From: an uncultured Actinomycetes bacterium
Lineage (GTDB): Bacteria > Actinomycetota > Acidimicrobiia > IMCC26256 > PALSA-610
Assembly (NCBI GenBank): GCA_963782465.1
Contig: CAWAJR010000002.1
Span: forward strand, 383,691-447,690
Direction of reading: 5' to 3'
DNA length: 64,000 nucleotides
A program made the translations under genes and the position numbers. Numbering within the stretch: the first letter of the stretch is position 1; every line of letters starts with the position of its first letter. Below the pieces are notes generated by a model. It did no database searches. It saw only the letters and a program-made list of their open reading frames with translations, and was not told where the DNA came from. Shown piece by piece: positions 36,222 to 45,407 of this stretch.

Positions 36222-36364
36222 TTGCGATCCTCGCGTGGAGCGGTCGGTTCGGCGGTGGGCAGCGAAAGTCTACGGGGGACGGTCAAGAATTCGCGAACGG
36301 TCCGCCGTCCGGCCGCGCCGGCATCCGCCGATAGCATTCGCCCGCTGCCGGACAGGGGAAGTGG

Positions 36365-37387
36365 ATGGATCCAATCCGTTGCGCAGTGGTCGGTTACGGC
36401 TACTGGGGACCGAATCTCGCGCGAAACATCGCGGCCACCGCGGGAGCGGAACTGGCGGTCCTGTGCGACGCGAACCCGCAACGACGGGGCGCCGCGGCTG
36501 CCGCGTTACCGAACACGCGCGTCGTTGATTCGTTCGACGCGGTGCTGTCAGATCAGACCATCGACAGCGTGGTTCTCGCGACGCCGGCCAGCTCCCATCG
36601 TGAACTCGGTCTTGCCGCGTTGCAGGCCGGCAAGCATGTGCTCGTCGAGAAGCCGCTCGCTATGAACGTCGCAGATGGCGCGGAGCTTGTCGCGGCCGCC
36701 GAAGCCCGCGAACTCGTTCTGATGGCGGGCCACACGTTCCTGTACGAGGCCGCGGTGCAGTACCTCTCCGCCGCGATCGCTCGCGACGAGCTGGGCGATC
36801 TCGTCTACATCTACGCGCAACGGCTGAATCTCGGGCGTCTTCGCAACGACGTCAACGCCATGTGGAACCTTGCGCCCCACGACGTGTCCATCGTCATGCA
36901 CTTGATCGGTCAGCGCCCGGTTTCCGTCGCGGCCCGGGGGATCAGCGCGCTGCAACCGGGCATCGAAGATGCCGTGTTCCTCGTGATCGAGTTCGATCAG
37001 GGAACGCTCGCGCAGGTGCATGTGAGTTGGCTCGACCCGCAAAAGGTGCGCCGCATGGTGTTGATGGGCTCCAAGCAGATGGCCATCTACGACGACGTCT
37101 CGCGCGATGCCGCGGTCACGCTGTTCGACAAGGGCTTCGATGCCGCGCCCGACGATCCGAGCGGGTTCACGATGCGCAACAACGAAGGCACGGTCGTTCC
37201 TCTCGTGCGTCGTGAACCGCTCTCGCTCGAGTGCGAGGAATTCTTCAGCTGCATTCGCACCGGGCGGGAACCACTGACGGGGGGGCGGAGCGCGATCGAG
37301 GTCGTGCGGGTACTGGAAGGAGCGCAGTTGTCCCTCGACCGACGCGGTGAACGAGTTCTTCTCGCCGACGTGGGCGTGGCGTCGTAG
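36365..37387 (+). CDS. Gfo/Idh/MocA-family NAD-dependent sugar oxidoreductase (WbpB-like)
   Basis: Contains CAVVGYGYWGPN.. and ..HVLVEKPLA... 340 aa. It is divergent from the aminotransferase. Confidence 0.85.
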   Translation: MDPIRCAVVGYGYWGPNLARNIAATAGAELAVLCDANPQRRGAAAAALPNTRVVDSFDAVLSDQTIDSVVLATPASSHRELGLAALQAGKHVLVEKPLAMNVADGAELVAAAEARELVLMAGHTFLYEAAVQYLSAAIARDELGDLVYIYAQRLNLGRLRNDVNAMWNLAPHDVSIVMHLIGQRPVSVAARGISALQPGIEDAVFLVIEFDQGTLAQVHVSWLDPQKVRRMVLMGSKQMAIYDDVSRDAAVTLFDKGFDAAPDDPSGFTMRNNEGTVVPLVRREPLSLECEEFFSCIRTGREPLTGGRSAIEVVRVLEGAQLSLDRRGERVLLADVGVAS

Positions 37388-37410
37388 TCCTTCCACTCGA
37401 ACGAGTACGC

Positions 37411-38289
37411 ATGCCCGAAGCACCGTCGTCCCGCTATGTCGCGATCATGCCCGCACGCGACGAGTCGCGTCATCTGCCGGCGACAATCGCATCGATCTCT
37501 GCGCAAACGGTGAAACCCACACTGCTGGTGATCGTCGACGACGGGTCGCACGACGACACACTCGCCATCGCCAACGACGCGGCGGCACGAGAGCCCTGGA
37601 TTCGTGTCGTGGCCCGGCCCGACCGTGGCTTCCGGGCACCCGGGTACGGGGTCATGGACGCGTTCTACGACGGCTACGCGACGGTCGACGTCGAATGGGA
37701 CTTCCTCGTGAAGCTCGACAGTGACGTCGTGCTCGAACCCGACTACTTCGAACGTTGCCTCGCTCGCTTCGCGCTCGATCCGCGGCTCGGTATCGGTGGC
37801 GGTGTGTTCCATGCGCGGACACCCGACGGTCGCTACGAAGAGGAACGCACCCCGCACTTCCACGTACGAGGGGGGTCGAAGATTTATCGCCGGGCCTGTT
37901 GGGACGACATCGGTGGATTGATCCGTCTCACGGGCTGGGACACGTTCGACGAGGTGAAGGCGAACCGGCTGGGCTGGCGTACGGAAACCTTCGACGAAAT
38001 CGTCGTCCGCCACGAGCGCGCGACGGGGGATGCCGCGGGCCAATGGCGGAACGCAGTGAAGAACGGCCGCGCGTGCTTCGTCGTCGGGTACGACCCGGTG
38101 TTCCTTATGCTGCGTTCGATCGGGCGTTTGCGCACCGCACCGCGCCTGAAAGGCCCGGCCGGACTGCTGGTCGGCTACTTCGGCGCGTGGGCCAAACGAG
38201 AACAGCGCGTCGACGATCCCGACACGATTCGCTATATGCGCTCGCAGCAGCGACGCAGGATCACCGGGCGTCAGACAATATGGCGCTGA
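37411..38289 (+). CDS. Family-2 glycosyltransferase
   Basis: Contains VAIMPARDE..LLVIVDDGSHDDT..KLDSD. Confidence 0.8.
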   Translation: MPEAPSSRYVAIMPARDESRHLPATIASISAQTVKPTLLVIVDDGSHDDTLAIANDAAAREPWIRVVARPDRGFRAPGYGVMDAFYDGYATVDVEWDFLVKLDSDVVLEPDYFERCLARFALDPRLGIGGGVFHARTPDGRYEEERTPHFHVRGGSKIYRRACWDDIGGLIRLTGWDTFDEVKANRLGWRTETFDEIVVRHERATGDAAGQWRNAVKNGRACFVVGYDPVFLMLRSIGRLRTAPRLKGPAGLLVGYFGAWAKREQRVDDPDTIRYMRSQQRRRITGRQTIWR

Positions 38290-38307
38290 GCCAGGCCGGA
38301 GCGAAGA

Positions 38308-39486
38308 TCAACCGGTCGAGCCTTCGTCGGCGAGCAGGCCCAGTACCCCGGCGAGTGTGCGCACCCGCGCTTCCCAACTGTGTTCGCGGGCGAATGCCTG
38401 TCGGGCCGCGACCGGTTCCGGACCGACCCCCTCGCGTATGGCATCGTCGACTGCGTCGGCGAAGCTCCCGGCTTCCGACTCCATCCGGATGAGGCTCGTG
38501 GCCAGCCACTCGATCGCGGGCAGCGGCGTCGAGACGACGGGTAACCCGGCCGCCAGGTACTCGAGGGTCTTGAGCGGGAAACTGGCTCGGTTGAAGGCGG
38601 TGTCGGTGTAAGGAACAATCCCGACATCCATCGCCGCGAGATATGAGGGAAGGGCCTCGTACGGGGTGCGGCCAATCCACTGCACGTTGGGCAAGGAACG
38701 CAACCGGTCGAGCTTCTCGGCCGCGAAGGTTGTCTGCTGGTGCCCGATGAGGAGCAGTGAGCGTCCTCGGTTCACGATCGCTTCGAGCAGCGAGAGATCG
38801 ATGCGGTTCGAGATCGCGCCGACGAAACCGACAATGGGACGGGCCAACTCGACGTCGTGCGCCACCTCGGTAACCGGCGCCGAGGCGAACGCGTCGGGGT
38901 CGACCCCGTTGGGAATGAAGATCGGGTCGTACGCGCGCCATCGATCCATGAGGATCGGCGAATGCGCGACGACGATGTCGGCATGGTCGGCGGCCCACTG
39001 CTCGGCCGCGCGAGCTCGTTCGGCCGACCCGCCGGTCAAGTCGGTGGCGGCAGAGAAGTCGTCTTTTGCGTAATAGACGGCAATGCGTTCACCGCACACT
39101 CCGAAGAGCGCACGACCCGGTGCGAACAGCAGAACCGCGTGAACGTCGGAGCCGAGCGCCCGCGTCGCGCGGCGCGTCGCCCGGCGTATCAGCCAGTTCG
39201 TGAACGGGACGAGGGCGGCGCGTCCGGGAAACGGGAGCGCAGGCGGCGTAACGACGGCGATGCGCGGCTGCGCGATGCGCAGACCGAAGCCGGCCAAACC
39301 TCGAAGCCCGTACGCCTTCAGCCGCATCTTGGGTGACAGCGGCGGGTCGACGTAGAGCACCGGCGCGTACTGTGCCAGTGCCTTCGCAACATGGTGGGAG
39401 GCGTACTTCGTACCATCCCACCGGCTGCCAGACACGAGCACGACAAGGTTGCGCCAGTCGTCGGGTACAACGCGGGTCGCGCTCAC
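38308..39486 (-). CDS. GT-B family-4 glycosyltransferase
   Basis: The C-terminal domain carries ..FPLKTLEYLAAGLPVVSTP... It overlaps the upstream GT2 gene by 4 nt. Confidence 0.8.
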   Translation of the reverse strand: MSATRVVPDDWRNLVVLVSGSRWDGTKYASHHVAKALAQYAPVLYVDPPLSPKMRLKAYGLRGLAGFGLRIAQPRIAVVTPPALPFPGRAALVPFTNWLIRRATRRATRALGSDVHAVLLFAPGRALFGVCGERIAVYYAKDDFSAATDLTGGSAERARAAEQWAADHADIVVAHSPILMDRWRAYDPIFIPNGVDPDAFASAPVTEVAHDVELARPIVGFVGAISNRIDLSLLEAIVNRGRSLLLIGHQQTTFAAEKLDRLRSLPNVQWIGRTPYEALPSYLAAMDVGIVPYTDTAFNRASFPLKTLEYLAAGLPVVSTPLPAIEWLATSLIRMESEAGSFADAVDDAIREGVGPEPVAARQAFAREHSWEARVRTLAGVLGLLADEGSTG

Positions 39487-40385
39487 GGCACGGCGATCGG
39501 CCGGTCGAGCGGGCGCAAGAGCGCCCGCAGACCCTCTCGATGGATGCCACGCTCACGCGTGATCCGCAGGGCTTCGTAGAACACCCAAGCTCCGCGGTAC
39601 ACGAGCGTATGGACGGAATTGTGGCGGCGGCGGAACAAGCGCACTTTGTTGCGCATCTGCATCGCCCACAGCGATCCCGACGAGTGGAGGTCGCCGCCGG
39701 AGTGAACCGCGACGGCATCGGGGATGTACCAGGTGACGAAGCCGTGCTCGCGCGCACGTAGCTGGAATTCGACCTCCTCCGAGTACATGAAGAAGGATTC
39801 GTCCCACGGCCCGACGGTGTCGATGCACTCGCGTGACACCATCAACACCGCGCCCGACGCCCAATCGACGGTGTGCGCGCGGGAGTACTCGCCGGGGTCC
39901 CCGACGATCTGGCTCCACTGGGGGAAGCGGCAGGCGCGCGTCCCACCGATGAGCGCTTCGCCCAACACTCGACGAACCGATTGGTCGCGCCGTAGCGAGA
40001 ACACGAGCGCTCCATCGCGGTCGGTGATGCGGGGCGCGCTGCAACCTGCGTTCGGGCGGGCGACGCCGCCCAAGAGTTGGGGCACCATCCCGCCGCCCAT
40101 CTCGATGTCGGGGTTGCACAGCAGCACGGCTTCCGATCCCCGCGCCACCGCAATGCCAGCGTTCAACCCCGCGGCGTAGCCACGATTCTCGTCGCAGTCG
40201 ATCACCGTCGCGCCGGGCCACAACTTGCGGGCACGCGGCACGGTGTCGTCGGTCGATGCGTTGTCGACGATCACGAGCTCATAGGTGACATCCCGCGCCG
40301 CGACCGGGATCGAGTTCGCGAGAGCCTCGAGATGGGCCGCGCTGTTGTACGTCACCACCACGATGCTGACGAGGGGGGCCGGCAC
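39483..40385 (-). CDS. Family-2 glycosyltransferase
   Basis: Contains VSIVVVTYNSA..LVIVDNASTDDT..NRGYAAG.N.G...A....VLLCNPD. Confidence 0.85.
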   Translation of the reverse strand: MPAPLVSIVVVTYNSAAHLEALANSIPVAARDVTYELVIVDNASTDDTVPRARKLWPGATVIDCDENRGYAAGLNAGIAVARGSEAVLLCNPDIEMGGGMVPQLLGGVARPNAGCSAPRITDRDGALVFSLRRDQSVRRVLGEALIGGTRACRFPQWSQIVGDPGEYSRAHTVDWASGAVLMVSRECIDTVGPWDESFFMYSEEVEFQLRAREHGFVTWYIPDAVAVHSGGDLHSSGSLWAMQMRNKVRLFRRRHNSVHTLVYRGAWVFYEALRITRERGIHREGLRALLRPLDRPIAVP

Positions 40386-40402
40386 TTCGTTACGGTCGCC
40401 GC

Positions 40403-42178
40403 TCAGGCGCTTGCCGCCTCACTCGTGGAGCCGTCGTGCCGGCGCCGCTTCGCCGCGCGGTCGCGCAACAGGTCGGCGAACGACTGCACGGTGAGCGCGC
40501 CGGGGAACAGACGCATGAAGATCTTGTCGTGCTGCGCCGCCACGAGCGCATCACGCAGACCGCGGCTGTTCACCATCGGGATGTCGATCGCGCTGACCCG
40601 TTCGAGCATGTTGTCGCGAGCGGCGCCGTCGGTGTGGAACCAATAACGGAACGGGTCGGCACCGAGCGCCGTGGGCGGTGCCGGCTGGAACGCGTTCGAC
40701 TTCCGTATGAGCATCGGGAAGAGCGGGGCCGCGAGCCACGACAGCCGCCGTGAGGCCTCGACCGCGAGCGCCATCTTCGGGTCGGTGTGCATACTGCCGC
40801 CGATCCGGGGCATGTCGGCGAGTTCTGCATCGAGCGACCGGAACAACTCCATCGCGACGTCTTTGTACGCGCGCTGGCCGATCAGCATCGAACGGGGTGC
40901 CTCGAGGAAGTACCGAGTGATGCGGTGATCATGGATCGGCAGCAGCCAGCGACCACGCGACTCGTACAGGCGGTGTTCCATCAGGATCAGTTTTCGTTGC
41001 CGGTTCTCGAGCCCCCAGCGGTAGAGCTCGCCGATCGGGTCGGCGCCCGGATCGAGTTCGGGCAGCGTTTCATCGAGTGATGCCCACTTCACCGCGTCGT
41101 AGTCGAGGTTGAACACCTGCCGCGGCACTGCATCGTCGGCGTCGAGCTGGTAGTTGCGCCAGTAGAGGTAGCGGCGAGCTTGCTCACGCGTGCGAACCGG
41201 CGCGGTGAGCAACCCGTAGTTGAAGTCGGAGAAGCAGCCGCCGTGCCCGGTGAGAAAGGTGTCGACGTCGCGGTCGTAGTGCCGGATCCCCACGCCACAG
41301 GTGAAACGCGTCGTGAACCCGACCGACCGCACCGCCTCGTCGATGAACTTGTCGTTCAGGTACGCCGGCGACAACTCCACGCGGTCGTGCGGCACGCCGA
41401 GCAGTTCGGCCACCCGCCGGCCGACATCCATCTCCGGGTCGCCGGGCGCGCCGTAGGAGAACGCCCGAAAGTCGTCGAGGCCTTCACGCACGAACAGCGC
41501 AGTCAGGAGACGGGTGTCGAGGCCGCCCGAAAGGGCCATGGCCGACGTTCGGCCCGTGGCGTGCAGGTGGCTCGTGATCGAGTGCGCCATCCCGCGCAGC
41601 GCGGCCGCGAGTTGCGCTTCTGACGCCTCGCGCGGCATCGCGTGCGGTACGACGCGGAAGCGCCAGTAGCGATTCGCTTGCACCTGATGGTGCCGCACCC
41701 GCCAGATCGTCGCCGGCGGCATGATCGAGACGCCGCGCGCGAGCGTGCGTTCACCGGTGACGTAACCCAGGCGCATCATGTCGAGAACAGCTGCGTCGTC
41801 GAGTTCGGGGGGCCGGCCGATCGCGTCGGTCAGCGCGTCGACGATCGACCACGGGTCGTTCGACATCAGCAGCTGGTCGCCGACCCTTCCGTGGTACAGC
41901 GGGAAGCTTCCGTCGCGGTCCGTGACGACGACGGCTCCGTCGTCAGTGAAGAACACGGCCGCGAAGCAGCCGTTGAGCTCGTCGGCGGCTCGATCGAGCC
42001 TCGGCCGCTGCCGCCAGAGTGCGTCGGCGACGGCTTCGTTCTCGATGCACCCGTCGTCGGTGAACGCGTACCCGGTCGACCAGGCGAGCCCACCTTCGAT
42101 GGCTCGAGGAGGCGGTCCGAGCCAGATCACGTCGACGTCGCCGCCCGTGTGCGCACCCATCGCGTCCGTGCGAGTCAT
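40403..42178 (-). CDS. Asparagine synthetase (AsnB)-like adenylating enzyme lacking the N-terminal Cys nucleophile
   Basis: PP-loop motif MALSGGLDTR. ATG 42178 is preceded by GGAG and overlaps the Wzy-like stop (ATGA). The N-terminus is MTRTDAMG... Listed ORF 40403..43306 extends further upstream only as an out-of-frame artefact. Confidence 0.8.
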   Translation of the reverse strand: MTRTDAMGAHTGGDVDVIWLGPPPRAIEGGLAWSTGYAFTDDGCIENEAVADALWRQRPRLDRAADELNGCFAAVFFTDDGAVVVTDRDGSFPLYHGRVGDQLLMSNDPWSIVDALTDAIGRPPELDDAAVLDMMRLGYVTGERTLARGVSIMPPATIWRVRHHQVQANRYWRFRVVPHAMPREASEAQLAAALRGMAHSITSHLHATGRTSAMALSGGLDTRLLTALFVREGLDDFRAFSYGAPGDPEMDVGRRVAELLGVPHDRVELSPAYLNDKFIDEAVRSVGFTTRFTCGVGIRHYDRDVDTFLTGHGGCFSDFNYGLLTAPVRTREQARRYLYWRNYQLDADDAVPRQVFNLDYDAVKWASLDETLPELDPGADPIGELYRWGLENRQRKLILMEHRLYESRGRWLLPIHDHRITRYFLEAPRSMLIGQRAYKDVAMELFRSLDAELADMPRIGGSMHTDPKMALAVEASRRLSWLAAPLFPMLIRKSNAFQPAPPTALGADPFRYWFHTDGAARDNMLERVSAIDIPMVNSRGLRDALVAAQHDKIFMRLFPGALTVQSFADLLRDRAAKRRRHDGSTSEAASA

Positions 42179-43643
42179 GGTCCTACTCCAATGCGCTCCC
42201 TGCGCTCCTCGGGTACGTCCACGATGGCAGTGCGGGTACAGATTCGCAAGAGCGCACCGGCGCTGCCGATACCGATGAACAACAAACCGGCGGTGAGCGG
42301 GTACCGGACGATTGCGAGCCCGAAACCGCCCAGCGCGACCGCCGCGATCATGGCGATGAGGCTCCGCGCGAGGTCGCGGTTTGCCGGGTCGCTCGTCGTG
42401 CGGCGGACTTCGCGCGCCGCGCCGACACCGCCGCCCATCGCCACGAGGAGCGCGACCAGACCGACCAGTCCGGTCTCGACGAGCGTGACCAGATACTGGC
42501 TGTCGATGTTGATGACGACCGGTGTCGGGACCGACAACGCGAAGCCGTTCCCGAAGACCGGGTTGTGCCCGATGAGGTTGAACGCGATCCCGGTCGCGTC
42601 GGTACGCGTCGCGATGCTCCCCGTGCCCTGCGTGCCGTTGAACAGGCCGACGATGGTGTCGAACACACCCGGAAGCAGCGTGTTCACCACGACCAGCGTG
42701 ATCACGAGCCCGAGCAGCAGGCGCCAGCGACGGGCCGGCGCCCACGTCGGGAGGATGATCAACGCGACCAGGATCGTCGAGAGCACCGCGGAGCGCGAGA
42801 GCGAAAGCGGGATCGCGGCCGCGATCAGCAACGCCGCAAGACGCGAGCCCGCGCCGCGACGCTCGTACGGGCGTACGCGCCGAGGTGCAACGCCAGCGGG
42901 AGCGTCGCGGCGAGGGCGAGCCCGAATTCGATCGGGTGCCGAGCGGTCCCGGCCACCCGGGCAAGACCGGAGCGCTGGTAGATGAAGCCTTCCTGACCGG
43001 TGGCGTTGAACCCGGGCGGTCGCAGGTACTGCCCGACGTCGAAATGCGCGAAGTACTGCAAGTAGCCGATGAACGCGACGATCGCGCCACCGAGGACGAC
43101 TGCACCGATGACCCGGTTGAGTTGTCGCTTCGTGCGGACGCCGTCGGTGATCGCGACCGCCAGCCCGCACAGTCCGACCACCACGGCCAGGTTCCGGTCG
43201 ATGCTGCGCTGGTCGAGACTCGAAAGCGGGCGCAGCGCGACGACGACGTACTCGGCCAGCGTGACGAACAGCAACGTGAGGACGGCCCGATTGGCTGGCG
43301 ACGCACCCCGGGCCACGCGGCTCACCGGCAACGCCCGGCCGAACGCCCACAACCCGAACGCGACGAAGCCGAAGAACATCGCCCCGGTCACCGCGAACGC
43401 GCCGATCGTGTAGCGCGACGGGATCATCCAGAGCGCGATGGCGTACAGCACGATCACCGTGGTGAGGTCGATGCGCGTGCGGAACAACCACAGGATCACG
43501 AGACCCGTCAGCGCGATCAGACCGGCGACCGGCACCAACCACGCCAGGACCGCGACCGCCAGCAGCCGAACGACGACACTCAGGGCGACGCCGTTCGACG
43601 GCGTCGTTTCGGCGAGGGCGGGCGACTGATCGCCGTCGGTCAC
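42175..43643 (-). pseudogene. Wzy_C-type polytopic membrane protein (O-antigen polymerase/ligase-like), frame broken near 42868-42872
   Basis: The N-terminal TM bundle is in ORF 42825..43643. The C-terminal part, with ..IPLSLSRSAVLSTILVAL.. and further TM spans, is in ORF 42175..43542. The junction is a CCC/GGG run. The span is 1469 nt, which is 3n+2. Confidence 0.75.
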
Positions 43644-44497
43644 GACGCGAAGCCGCTACGGCGGCGAGGTTTCGCCCGCGCGCGACCAGGCTGTTGCTTC
43701 ACGGGTGCCGGCGCCGGAGCGGTCTCCGGTGGTTCTTCGAGATCGATCGAGTCGGGAACACCCGACCCGCGTTCCCATACCGCCGGGCTGTTCCCGCTGG
43801 TGCCCGGTGCGACACCCGGCGCCGCGACCGGCACCGGCGACGGCGATGCAACCCGCATCCGGCGCCGGTCGCGCCGGTTGAGGGCCGACTGTGCCCAACT
43901 CTCGACGAGCAAGGCGACGCTGAGGACCGCCGCGATCGCGAGCGCGATGAACGCGATCAAGGCGCGGGTCCTGGCTGCGTTGAGCGCGGTCGCCTTGGTC
44001 GGGCTCGACAACACCTCGGTGCCGATGCTCTGCGACGCCGTGACACCCTTTTGCCGCTCGAGCGCCGCGATCTCCGACACCGTCTGGGTGAGCACGGCGC
44101 GCGTGGTCGTGACGGCAACGCTCGCCCGGCTGTCCTTGGTGTCGACACGGAGGATCGGCGCGTCCTGGTCGACCGAGACCGTGTAGGCCTTCGTGACCGA
44201 GGGGGCTCGGGCGATGGAAGCCTTCTTCGCGGGGTTGTTCATGACCTCGGCGAAGGCGATGGCGGCCTTGTCGAGCGGAGCGATCGGCAGGAACGGGTTG
44301 CCGTCGGCCGCGGCGGCGTTGTCGGCCAGTGCCGGCGACTTCGTGACCGGCGTGAGCAGCAGCAACGAGCCTTTGGCCTCGTAGGTGGGTTTCACCGACG
44401 CGAGGAGCTGGTGACCGATGATCGCCGCGACCAGGATCGTCGGTACCACGACGATCCAGCGGCGAACCAGGATCCTGAGCAGCGTGCGAAGGTCCAC
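43640..44497 (-). CDS. Wzz-like polysaccharide chain-length determinant (PCP-type topology)
   Basis: The N-terminal TM (RRWIVVVPTILVAAIIG) follows a ..LLRILVRRW.. motif. Then come a ~170-aa extracytoplasmic segment, a second TM (ALIAFIALAIAAVLSVALLV) and a Pro-rich tail. Its stop overlaps the wzy-like GTG (GTGA). Confidence 0.65.
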   Translation of the reverse strand: MDLRTLLRILVRRWIVVVPTILVAAIIGHQLLASVKPTYEAKGSLLLLTPVTKSPALADNAAAADGNPFLPIAPLDKAAIAFAEVMNNPAKKASIARAPSVTKAYTVSVDQDAPILRVDTKDSRASVAVTTTRAVLTQTVSEIAALERQKGVTASQSIGTEVLSSPTKATALNAARTRALIAFIALAIAAVLSVALLVESWAQSALNRRDRRRMRVASPSPVPVAAPGVAPGTSGNSPAVWERGSGVPDSIDLEEPPETAPAPAPVKQQPGRARAKPRRRSGFAS

Positions 44498-44675
44498 GCG
44501 AGTTCTCCGATCGACCGATGAGCTGTGGGCGGAGATTTCGCCTGGCGCGTACGCCGGCCCCCTGTTGGCGCCCCAACGCGCTCAGCGACGATACCAGCCG
44601 GCCACTCATCACTGAGCGCGCGGACGGCCGTCCGGGAAACGAACTACGCTATGGACGAGCGTCGCTGAGATCGGG

Positions 44676-45344
44676 GTGGGCATGAAGTCGTCCTTGCGCC
44701 GTCGCTCGTCCAGGACGGGAAACGCGTGTACGCAGCGGTTCGTCACCCGATCGGTTCGGCGCGCGTCGGCGATGTTCCTCGGCGGGGCACTCTTTTTCCT
44801 GGTCGTGCCGGGCCTGGTTCCCGGCGCCCTCGGTTCGGCGAGCGCCGAAGGTTGTTTCGACGGCAACGGCACGCCGGTGACCTGCCCGACGACGCCGTCG
44901 ACGACACCGCCGAGCACGCTGCCGCCGCCGACGTTGCCGCCCACGACCCAACCGCCCGCGACCCAGCCGACCACGCCGCCGACGGTGGCCCCGCCGACAA
45001 CGCCGCCGGCAACCACGCCCGTGACGACGCCGCGCACGTACCCGACGCAGACGACACCGACGACTCCTCCGACGACTGCGCCGGCCCCCACCACGACGAC
45101 CGTGAAAGCCGCGCGCAAGCCGGTCCCGACGTCGACGAGCAGCACGACGACGACCACCGAGAAGAAGATCGTCGCCGCGCTCCCGGTGTCGAAGGTGCAA
45201 CCACCGAAGTCGGGTGGGAACTCCGTCAACGGTGCCGTCACGTTCATCGCGATCGCGGTCGTCGCGCTGCTGCTGGTGCTCGGGATCCTCGGCCCGGAAT
45301 TGCGCAGCCGGCTCGGCAGCGACCGGCGGCCGTCGGCGATCTGA
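44676..45344 (+). CDS. Exported Pro/Thr-rich low-complexity protein with C-terminal membrane anchor
   Basis: Signal-like MFLGGALFFLVVPGLVPGALGSASA, about 100 aa of PT repeats, and the C-terminal TM AVTFIAIAVVALLLVLGILG. GC3-rich codons favour this strand over the antisense Gly/Val ORF. The start may instead be ATG 44772. Confidence 0.5.
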   Translation: MGMKSSLRRRSSRTGNACTQRFVTRSVRRASAMFLGGALFFLVVPGLVPGALGSASAEGCFDGNGTPVTCPTTPSTTPPSTLPPPTLPPTTQPPATQPTTPPTVAPPTTPPATTPVTTPRTYPTQTTPTTPPTTAPAPTTTTVKAARKPVPTSTSSTTTTTEKKIVAALPVSKVQPPKSGGNSVNGAVTFIAIAVVALLLVLGILGPELRSRLGSDRRPSAI

Positions 45345-45407
45345 TCGGTCAACCCGATCGGGCCGGCCTGATCGTGCTTCAGCCCGGCGAGCGCCGGGCG
45401 CTTCGGG

